From: the human T2T-CHM13v2.0 reference genome, Homo sapiens
Strand: one strand, 5' to 3'
DNA: 64,000 bases
Assembly (NCBI RefSeq): GCF_009914755.1
Contig: NC_060929.1
The notes beneath the pieces are model-generated. The model made no database searches and had not been told where the DNA came from. It saw only the letters and a list, made by a program, of their open reading frames with translations. A program made the translations under genes and the position numbers. This document shows, one piece after another, positions 1 through 17,126 of this stretch. Each line of letters starts with the position of its first letter. The first letter of the stretch is position 1.

Positions 1-166
1 TCCGAGTTCCAGGGCATCCCCCAGCTCAGCCACTACACTGAGCACAAGGACTCTGTGGGGCCCAGGAGCAGGTAGTCACCCCTTTGGGGTCCACAACACC
101 CGGCTGTCCCCAGACTTGTGTCCAGGGAAGATAGTGTTGAGGGCCCTCAAGGAGAGCGGGGCAGGG

Positions 167-3100
167 ATGCCTGAGCAGGACAAGGACCCCAGAGTCCAAG
201 AAAATCCTGATGATCAGAGAACGGTCCCCGAGGTCACCGGGGATGCACGGTCTGCATTTTGGCCCCTGCGGGACAATGGAGGCCCCTCTCCCTTTGTGCC
301 CAGGCCCGGGCCTCTGCAGACAGACCACCACGCCCAGAGCTCAGAAATCAGATATAACCACACATCCCAGACATCCTGGACGAGCTCGAGCACCAAACGA
401 AATGCCATCTCCAGCTCCTACAGCTCCACGGGAGGCTTGCCGGGGCTAAAGCAGAGGAGGGGGCCAGCCTCATCCCGCTGCCAGCTGACCCTCAGTTACT
501 CAAAGACAGTGAGTGAGGACAGGCCTCAGGCTGTCTCTTCGGGTCACACACGGTGTGAAAAGGGGGCAGATACAGCACCAGGGCAGACAATCGCCCCAAC
601 GGGTGGCTCCCCCAGATCCCAGGACTCTAGGCCCCGTAGACGCAAGATTCCCCTGCTGCCACGCAGGCGAGGGGAGCCTTTGATGCTGCCACATCCCTTA
701 GAGCTGGGGTACCGGGTCACGGCTGAAGACCTGCACCTGGAAAAAGAGAAGGCATTCCAGCGCATCAACAGTGCACTGCACGTTGAGGACAAGGCCATCT
801 CGGACTGCAGACCCTCACGGCCTTCCCACACTTTGTCCTCACTTGCAACAGGGGCTTCGGGTGGGCCTCCCGTTTCTAAAGCACCCACTATGGATGCACA
901 GCAGGACAGACCCAAGTCCCAAGACTGCCTGGGCCTAGTGGCCCCCCTAGCATCTGCAGCAGAGGTCCCCGCTACAGCTCCCGTGTCTGGGAAAAAGCAC
1001 AGACCACCAGGACCCCTGTTCTCCTCCTCAGATCCCCTTTCGGCCAACTCTTCCCACTCCCGGGACTCAGCCCAGGTCACCTCGATGATTCCTGCCCCCT
1101 TCACAGCTGCAAGCAGGGATGCCGGCATGAGAAGAACAAGGTCGGCTCCTGCAGCTGCCGCAGCAGCCCCTCCCCCCTCCACATTGAACCCCACGTCGGG
1201 GTCACTACTCAATGCAGTGGATGGAGGCCCCTCACATTTCTTGGCCTCAGCCACAGCTGCAGCACGTGTCCAGAGGTCAGAAGTGAGATATAACCAGAGA
1301 TCCCAGACCTCCCGGACCAGATCGTGCCTCAAACGAAATGCCAGCTCCAGCTCCCACAGCTCTACGGAAGGCCTCCCGCAACTAAAGCGGAGGAGGGGGC
1401 CAGCCTCATCCCACTGCCAGCTGGCCCACAGTTCCTCAAACACAGTGAGTGAGGATGGACCTCAGGCTGTCTCTTCGGGTCACCGCTGTGAAAACAAGGC
1501 AGGTACAGCACCAGGGCAGACACTTGCCCCCAGGGGTGGCTCCCCCAGATCCCAGGCCTCTAGGCCCCACATCAACACTGCACTGTACGTTGAGGACAAG
1601 GCCATCTCGGACTGCAGACCCTCACGACCTTCCCACACTTTGTCCTCACTTGCAACAGGGGCTTCGGGTGGGCCTCCCGTTTCTAAAGCACCCACTATGG
1701 ACGCACAGCAGGACAGACCCAAGTCCCAAGACTGCCTGGGCCTAGTGGCCCCCCTAGCATCTGCTGCAGAGGTCCCCTCTACAGCTCCCGTGTCTGGGAA
1801 GAAGCACAGACCACCAGGACCCCTGTTCTCCTCCTCAGATCCCCTTCCTGCCACCTCTTCCCACTCCCGGGACTCAGCCCAGGTCACCTCGCTGATTCCT
1901 GCCACCTTCACAGCTGCAAGCAGGGATGCCGGCATGAGAAGAACAAGGTCGGCTCCTGCAGCTGCCGCAGCAGCCCCTCCCCCCTCCACATTGAACAACA
2001 CGTCGGGGTCACTACTCAATGCAGTGGATGGAGGCCCCTCACATTTCTTGGCCTCAGCCACAGCTGCAGCACGTGCCCAGAGGTCAGAAGTGAGATATAA
2101 CCAGAGATCCCAGACCTCCCGGACCAGATCCTGCCTCAAACGAAATGCCAGCTCCAGCTCCAGCTCCCACAGCTCTACGGAAGGCCTCCAGGAACTAAAG
2201 CGGAGGAGGGGGCCAGCCTCATCCCACTGCCAGCTGGCCCACAGTTCCCCAAACACAGTGAGTGAGGACGGACCTCAGGCTGTCTCTTCGGGTCACCGCT
2301 GTGAAAACAAGGCAGGTACAGCACCAGGGCACACACTCGCCCCCAGGGGAGGCTCCCCCAGATCCCAGGCCTCTAGGCCCCACATCAACAGTGCACTGCA
2401 CGTTGAGGACAAGGCCATCTCGGACTGCAGACCCTCACGGCCTTCCCACACTTTGTCCTCACTTGCAACAGGGGCTTCGGGTGGGCCTCCCGTTTCTAAA
2501 GCACCCACTATGGACGCACAGCAGGACAGACCCAAGTCCCAAGACTGCCTGGGCCTAGTGGCCCCCCTAGCATCTGCTGCAGAGGTCCCCTCTACAGCTC
2601 CCGTGTCTGGGAAGAAGCACAGACCACCAGGACCCCTGTTCTCCTCCTCAGATCCCCTTCCTGCCACCTCTTCCCACTCCCGGGACTCAGCCCAGGTCAC
2701 CTCGCTGATTCCTGCCACCTTCACAGCTGCAAGCAGGGATGCCGGCATGAGAAGAACAAGGCCTGGCACCTCGGCTCCTGCAGCTGCCGCAGCAGCCCCT
2801 CCCCCCTCCACATTGAACCCCACGTCGGGGTCGCTACTCAATGCAGTGGATGGAGGCCCCGCACATTTCTTGGCCTCAGCCACAGCTGCAGCACGTGTCG
2901 AGAGGTCAGAAGTGAGATATAACCAGAGATCCCAGACCTCCCGGACCAGATCGTGCCTCAAACGAAATGCCAGCTCCAGCTCCCACAGCTCTACGGAAGG
3001 CCTCCACGAAGTAAAGCGGAGGAGGGGGCCAGCCTCATCCCACTGCCAGCTGGCCCACAGTTCCTCAGTGAGTGAGGACGAACCTCAGGCTGTCTCTTCG

Positions 3101-4480
3101 GGTCACCCCTGTGAAAACAAGGCAGGTACAGCACCAGGGCAGACACTCGCCCCCAGGGGTGGCTCCCCCAGATCCCAGGCCTCTAGGCCCCGCATCAACA
3201 GTGCACTGCACGTTGAGGACAAGGCCATCTCGGACTGCAGACCCTCACGGCCTTCCCACACTTTGTCCTCACTTGCAACAGGGGCTTCGGGTGGGCCTCC
3301 CGTTTCTAAAGCACCCACTATGCATGCACAGCAGCACAGACCCAAGTCCCAAGACTGCCTGGGCCTACTGGCCCCACTAGCATCTACTGCAGAGGTCCCC
3401 TCTACAGCTCCCGTGTCTGGGAAGAAGCACAGACCACCAGGACCCCTGTTCTCCTCCTCAGATCCCCTTCCTGCCACCTCTTACCACTCACGGGACTCAG
3501 CCCAGGTCACCTCGCTGATTCCCGCGCCCTTCACAGCTGCAAGCAGCGATGCCGGCATGAGAAGAACAAGGCCTGGCACCTCGGCTCCTGCAGCTGCAGC
3601 AGCAGCCCCTCCCCCCTCCACATTGAACCCCACGTCGGGGTCACTACTCAATGCAGTGGATGGAGGCCCCTCACATTTCTTGGCCTCAGCCACAGCTGCA
3701 GCACGTGTCCAGAGGTCAGAAGTGAGATATAACCAGAGATCCCAGACCTCCCGGACCAGATCCTGCCTCCAAGGAAATGCCAGCTCCAGCTCCCACAGCT
3801 CTACGGAAGGCCTCCCGCAACTAAAGCGGAGGAGGGGGCCAGCCTCATCCCACTGCCAGCTGGCCCACAGTTCCTCAAACACAGTGAGTGAGGACGGACC
3901 TCAGGCTGTCTCTTCGGGTCACACCCGCTGTGAGAAGAAGGCAGGTACAGCACCAGGGCAGACACTTGCCCCCAGGGGTGGCTCCCCCAGATCCCAGGCC
4001 TCTAGGCCCCGCATCAACAGTGCACTGCACGTTGAGGACAAGGCCATCTCGGACTGCAGACCCTCACGGCCTTCCCACACTTTGTCCTCACTTGCAACAG
4101 GGGCTTCGGGTGGGCCTCCCGTTTCTAAAGCACCCACTATGGATGCACAGCAGGACAGACCCAAGTCCCAAGACTGCCTGGGCCTACTGGCCCCCCTAGC
4201 ATCTGCTGCAGAGGTCTCCTCTACAGCTCCCGTGTCTGGGAAGAAGCACAGACCACCAGGACCCCTGTTCTCCTCCTCAGATCCCCTTCCTGCCACCTCT
4301 TCCCACTCCGGGGACTCAGCCCAGGACACCTCGCTGATTCCTGCCCCCTTCACACCTGCAAGCAGGGATGCCGGCATCAGAAGAATGTTTCGTGTTCGAA
4401 ATTGTTTGAGGGGTTTGGGTTTATTTTTGTTGGTTTTTTCTTTTTTTTTTTTGCTTACGTGGGCATCCTTCAGCTTTTAA
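167..4480 (+). CDS. POM121L: Intronless POM121-like protein (POM121L1-like retrocopy), 1437 aa from first ATG, with internal ~270-aa repeats and hydrophobic C-terminal tail; coding status unproven
   Basis: Uninterrupted frame (track start 116 is TTG; first ATG 167 in gcagggATGc). Motifs match the POM121 family: SAFWPLRDNGGPSPFVPRPGPL, RNAISSSYSST, LLPRRRGEPLMLPHPLELGYRVTAEDLHLEK. AATAAA at 4545-4550. Confidence 0.75.
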   Translation: MPEQDKDPRVQENPDDQRTVPEVTGDARSAFWPLRDNGGPSPFVPRPGPLQTDHHAQSSEIRYNHTSQTSWTSSSTKRNAISSSYSSTGGLPGLKQRRGPASSRCQLTLSYSKTVSEDRPQAVSSGHTRCEKGADTAPGQTIAPTGGSPRSQDSRPRRRKIPLLPRRRGEPLMLPHPLELGYRVTAEDLHLEKEKAFQRINSALHVEDKAISDCRPSRPSHTLSSLATGASGGPPVSKAPTMDAQQDRPKSQDCLGLVAPLASAAEVPATAPVSGKKHRPPGPLFSSSDPLSANSSHSRDSAQVTSMIPAPFTAASRDAGMRRTRSAPAAAAAAPPPSTLNPTSGSLLNAVDGGPSHFLASATAAARVQRSEVRYNQRSQTSRTRSCLKRNASSSSHSSTEGLPQLKRRRGPASSHCQLAHSSSNTVSEDGPQAVSSGHRCENKAGTAPGQTLAPRGGSPRSQASRPHINTALYVEDKAISDCRPSRPSHTLSSLATGASGGPPVSKAPTMDAQQDRPKSQDCLGLVAPLASAAEVPSTAPVSGKKHRPPGPLFSSSDPLPATSSHSRDSAQVTSLIPATFTAASRDAGMRRTRSAPAAAAAAPPPSTLNNTSGSLLNAVDGGPSHFLASATAAARAQRSEVRYNQRSQTSRTRSCLKRNASSSSSSHSSTEGLQELKRRRGPASSHCQLAHSSPNTVSEDGPQAVSSGHRCENKAGTAPGHTLAPRGGSPRSQASRPHINSALHVEDKAISDCRPSRPSHTLSSLATGASGGPPVSKAPTMDAQQDRPKSQDCLGLVAPLASAAEVPSTAPVSGKKHRPPGPLFSSSDPLPATSSHSRDSAQVTSLIPATFTAASRDAGMRRTRPGTSAPAAAAAAPPPSTLNPTSGSLLNAVDGGPAHFLASATAAARVERSEVRYNQRSQTSRTRSCLKRNASSSSHSSTEGLHEVKRRRGPASSHCQLAHSSSVSEDEPQAVSSGHPCENKAGTAPGQTLAPRGGSPRSQASRPRINSALHVEDKAISDCRPSRPSHTLSSLATGASGGPPVSKAPTMHAQQHRPKSQDCLGLLAPLASTAEVPSTAPVSGKKHRPPGPLFSSSDPLPATSYHSRDSAQVTSLIPAPFTAASSDAGMRRTRPGTSAPAAAAAAPPPSTLNPTSGSLLNAVDGGPSHFLASATAAARVQRSEVRYNQRSQTSRTRSCLQGNASSSSHSSTEGLPQLKRRRGPASSHCQLAHSSSNTVSEDGPQAVSSGHTRCEKKAGTAPGQTLAPRGGSPRSQASRPRINSALHVEDKAISDCRPSRPSHTLSSLATGASGGPPVSKAPTMDAQQDRPKSQDCLGLLAPLASAAEVSSTAPVSGKKHRPPGPLFSSSDPLPATSSHSGDSAQDTSLIPAPFTPASRDAGIRRMFRVRNCLRGLGLFLLVFSFFFLLTWASFSF
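276..4386 (+). repeat. Coding tandem repeat (~810-bp unit, ~5 copies) inside POM121-like ORF A
   Basis: Anchor catcaaca recurs at 763, 1570, 2383, 3193 and 4012, giving periods of 807, 813, 810 and 819 bp. Confidence 0.97.
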
Positions 4481-5005
4481 TAATCTGAAAAATTCTATTT
4501 ACCCATTGTCAATGTGTATAAATTAATCTCAGTCAATTTTATACAATAAAAGGTGAACTTTTATCCATCAAACAATAATTTAACAAAAAATGTACCGGAA
4601 GAAGAATGTTCATTACAAATATAGGAAACATAAATATTACCAAATATTGGCAAGCACTAAAATGTTCAGAAATATAAGTCTATTACAGTTATAGCTCTCT
4701 CAAGCAAAAAAACAGCAGAGAAAAACTTAGTTTTCCTGAGGGGCTATTTATTTACTTAGGGATTTGTTAAAAGGTCAAATGGGGTCACACAGAATACTAA
4801 GAAGAGCTGTTCACCCAGGCCTCACTAAGAACTCTTCTTCATGCAGTAGCTATATGGTAATATGACAACTGCTCCTACGACCCAAAGAGGAACTACAGCA
4901 ACTACTCTTTAGCATCTGTTGCTCCCAACTCTGCTTTGCAATTATATGACTCAAGCATTCTGGCTCCGTTAACTATTACTGCTGTTACTCCCAAGTAAAT
5001 TCCCT
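4453..5005 (-). pseudogene. Putative terminal exon/3'UTR of an unidentified duplicated gene fragment (repeated in B and C)
   Basis: Minus strand: acceptor tttttattttttag|agggaa at ~5005, AT-rich UTR-like body, ATTAAA (plus 4476-4481) ~23 nt before an A-rich tract (plus T-run ending 4452). Confidence 0.45.
4545..4550 (+). terminator. Candidate polyadenylation signal AATAAA for the POM121-like ORF (also 25846-25851, 43876-43881)
   Basis: Canonical hexamer ~65 nt after the TAA stop in all three copies. Confidence 0.5.
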
Positions 5006-5573
5006 CTAAAAAATAAAAATTTTTAAAGCTGTAATTTAAGCTCTCTGCTGCCTCATGACTTCAATTCCATCAGAGTTACGCATTGTTTCCTCTGTACATC
5101 TTTGCTCTGCTTCCATTGCTAATTCCCTAGTAAAGTGTTGTATATTCAAAGTTCCAAAGAAACAGAATATCCAAGACATCACCAATCATCCAAAACACAG
5201 TGTAGGAGGCCACAGTTAAGAGAAGCAAGACCATTAGCTCTTTTTATAGGCTCGAGAACAACAGGATGCTTTGGTCCTGTATCAGCAGGACGCTTTTTGG
5301 GTAGATCCTACTGCCACCCTACTATCGGGTAGATCCTACTGTCACCCTAGCTATGGGCACATGTCAGAGTCCCATGTAATAAAGGAGACAAAAGGAAACC
5401 ACCACGAGTATAAACTAAGAAAAGTACTCCAAGGTTTCTAAGAATGGAGCTGTATAACTCACTTTGCCCCGTTTGTTACTTCTCCACGGTACTGACCACC
5501 ACCTATTACATATATTTTGTTTATAGTCAGTCTTCCCCCATTAGAATGAAAGTTCCGTGAGGATAGGACTATA

Positions 5574-5873
5574 CAGTCAGCCCTCAGTATCCATGGGGGA
5601 CTGGTTTCAGGATCTCCTGAGGGTAACAAAGGATACTCAAGTCCCTGATATAAAATGACATAGTATTTGCACATCACCTTTGCACATCCTCCCATATACT
5701 TCATATCAACTCTAGATCACTCATAATATCCGATGTAAATGTCATGCAAATAGTTATTGTACTATATTGTGTAAGGAATAAGGACAAGAAAAAAGTCTGT
5801 ACATGTTCAGTACAGACGCAATTTTTTTTTCCAATATTTCCAATCCTTGGTTGGCTTAACGGATGTAGAACCC
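5574..5873 (+). mobile_element. MER2-like (TcMar-Tigger) DNA transposon remnant
   Basis: ta|cagtcagccctcagtatccatgggggactgg...ctcaagtccctgatataaaatg...gtacatgttcagtacagacgc resembles the MER2 consensus; recurs in B and C. Confidence 0.75.
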
Positions 5874-6095
5874 AGGAATAAGTTCTGGTGTCCTATTGCA
5901 TAGTAGGATGAGTATAGTTAACAATAACATATTATATATTTGAAAATAGCCAGAAGAGTAGATTTTGAATTTTCTCCCTACAGAAAAATCATTATGCAAA
6001 TTACCCTGATTTGATCATTACACATTGAGTACATGTATTAAAACATCACATTCTACCCCATATATATGTACAGTTATTATGTGTCCATAAAAATT
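5874..6095 (+). mobile_element. Old L1 (L1MA-type) 3' end fragment
   Basis: aggaataagttctggtgt...aaaatagccagaagag...accctgatttgatcattacaca... is typical of the L1MA 3'UTR. Confidence 0.7.
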
Positions 6096-6415
6096 TAATG
6101 TCAATGTGTGAAATAAAATGAAAAAATAAAAATTTTTAAAGCTGTAATTATCTCCATCTGGTAGGAATATATACAATCTGAAATAAAAAATATATTTGTA
6201 ATTGTTAGGACAAAATAGATTATACATTAAGTCTGCAAATTATAAATTATAAAATTCTCACAGAACCTGAAAAATTATTGATACTGTTAAATATTTAAAA
6301 AGCTGTCCTTGGAGAGAAAGAAACCTATCAGATTTACATCAACAAGTGTAATATGTCAGCCTATTACCATCTGCTACAGACTGCATGTTTGTGTTCCCTC
6401 AAAATTCATATGATA

Positions 6416-6696
6416 GGCCCGGCGCGGTGGCTCATGCCTGTAATCCCAGCACTTTGGGAGGCCGAGGCGGGTGGATCATGAGGTCAGGAGATCGAGATCA
6501 TCCTGGCTAACATGGTAAAACCCCGTCTCTACTGAAAATACAAAAAATTAGCCGGGCGCAGTGGCGGGCGCCTTAGTCCCAGCTACTGAGGAGGCTGACG
6601 CAGGAGAATGGCGTGAACCCAGGAGGCGGAGCTTGTAGAGAGCCGAGATTGTGCCACTGCACTCCAGCCTGGGTGACAGACAGAGCGAGACTCTGT

Positions 6697-6725
<29 letters not shown>
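6416..6725 (+). mobile_element. AluY-like element with 15-bp TSD
   Basis: Full dimer with poly-A; TSD aaaattcatatgata at 6401-6415 and 6722-6736. Poly-A is 26, 24 and 27 nt in copies A, B and C. Confidence 0.95.
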
Positions 6726-6727
<2 letters not shown>

Positions 6728-6963
6728 CATATGATAAAGCCCTAACCCCCAAGGTGAGGATACTGGGAGGCGTGGCCTTTAGGAGAGAATTAGGTTTAGA
6801 TGAGGTCATGAGAATAGAGCCCCTATGGTGGCATTACTTCCTTTATAAGAAGAGACACTAGAGCTGCTTTTCTCCCTACCATGTGAGGATACCGAGAGAA
6901 GATGGCCATTTCCAATCTAGGAAGCAGGCCCTCTTTAAGAAACATAATTTGCCAACACTTTGA

Positions 6964-7368
<405 letters not shown>

Positions 7369-7393
7369 TAAGATACCATCCTATAAGCTACAG

Positions 7394-7893
<500 letters not shown>

Positions 7894-8275
7894 TGTAGAC
7901 AATACGAAATAAATATAAAGCAGTCTCAACTTTGGAAAAACAGAAGACTCTTACTGCCTCATAATATAGATGAAAAATGAAATACTAAAATAAGTAAAAC
8001 GTTCTTTAAAGAACAAAAACAAAAGAAAACCTAATGAAAGCTATAAAAGTCCATTGGATAATAATGCTACCAGTACTAAGGAAGTACAGCCCCTAAGAGT
8101 GACTTGCAGTCACAAATATAAAAATGACTATTCAACTGAACTCCTAAGGTGAAAATTTCTTATTCACCATGCTCCAAAATGGTCTGTAATATTCTTCAGA
8201 GATGGCATGGTGGGGGAGGCAAGTGGCATCTCTGCCCAGAGAGAATACACAAGCAGAAAGTTCAACACCGCTTAC

Positions 8276-14894
<6,619 letters not shown>

Positions 14895-15409
14895 TAGATT
14901 ACATATATTATTAATGAATTGCTTCCTTTAACACCCTATTCATTGAATTTTCCAGTAAACCACAATTACTAATTACTCCTGAAATCAGAAAAGAGGTTAA
15001 AAAGATTTTATAACAGTATCCTATGAAATCTACTACTTTCAAGTAATAGTAGTTGAATTACCAAAACCCGTCACTCAAGCCAATGACTACAATTAAGATA
15101 TGAGTAACATTTCCTAGATAAATAAAGTCAATTAATTATATTTGCATCTGGGAAATAGAGAAAGTACATATAAGCCATGATTTTGAAGTCAAAAGAGAGA
15201 GAATATTTGCCAAGGAGGGGTGAGTTATAGTATGTAATAATAACATACAGAAGCTTTTTGTATGCTGGTAACTAATTTTAATTTCCTACATTTTTATGTA
15301 GATTTCTGCTATTCTTGTCCTATTTTCCTAATCATCTTTCTATATGAATGACTACATAATTCTGAGAATACCAAAAGAGACAGACACAGAACCAATCGGA
15401 TTCCTTTCT

Positions 15410-15735
15410 TCTTGAAGCTTCTGCACAGCAAAAGAAACTATCAACAGAGTGAACAGACAACCTACAGAATGGGAGAAAATTTTTGCAACAATGCATGTGA
15501 CAAAGATCTAATGTCCAACACTGATAAGGAACTTAAACAAATTTACAAGAAAAAAAAAAATCTCATTAGAAAGTGGGCACAGGACATAAACAGACACTTC
15601 AAAAGAAGACACACATGCGGCCAACAAGCATATGAGAAAAAGCTCAATATCACTGATCATTAGAGAAATGCAAATCAAAACCACAATGGCATACCATCTC
15701 ACACCAGTCAGTATGGTTATTATTAAGAAGTCAAC
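15410..15735 (+). mobile_element. L1 ORF2 3'-part fragment
   Basis: gcttctgcacagcaaaagaaactatcaacagagtgaacagacaacctacagaatgggagaaaat...cattagagaaatgcaaatcaaaaccacaatg; degenerate. Confidence 0.9.
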
Positions 15736-16668
<933 letters not shown>

Positions 16669-16699
16669 ATAATAATAATTAATTAAATGAAGAATAAAT

Positions 16700-17126
16700 A
16701 AATAATATACATTGTTCATTCATTAACATTGAACTCACAGCCAACGGCACTACAGCACTCACGCCTGAATGGAGTTTATTTAATGCATGTATTTTCTCTG
16801 TAAGACACATCACAGACTTCTTGGACTTGTGAATGCTAAGCAGCACTTCAGCACTATGCTTGGGGGTTAATTTAAATGGCAAAACAACCAACAAACAGTA
16901 CAAAAACAGGAAAAGCATGGCATTAAATAGACCACAAAAAGGATACCTGACTATTGTATGAGAGCTGAAAAAGAAGGCAGAATATCATCCTGTTCAAACT
17001 CAAATTCTTTGACACTCTGCGCAAACACATGACTATGAAAGTGCTGTGAGTACTGATTTGGGGGTTACAAAAAATAGTAGGTGAGTTCACAAATACAAAA
17101 GCTGAAAACAAGGAGGATCGACTGTA
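16700..17126. mobile_element. Tigger-family (MER82-like) DNA transposon remnant
   Basis: cattgaactcacagccaac...agcagcacttcagcactatgcttggggg...ending gaggatcgactg|ta; subfamily tentative. Confidence 0.5.

Noticed and set aside
544-4377. Long minus-strand and alternative-frame ORFs (98-299 aa) over the POM121-like repeats
   Set aside because: Shadow ORFs of a GC-rich repeated frame; mostly non-ATG starts, broken once per repeat, no independent homology.
276-4386. CRISPR-like or prokaryotic repeat system
   Set aside because: Repeats are ~810-bp contiguous coding units with no spacers, in clearly primate DNA.
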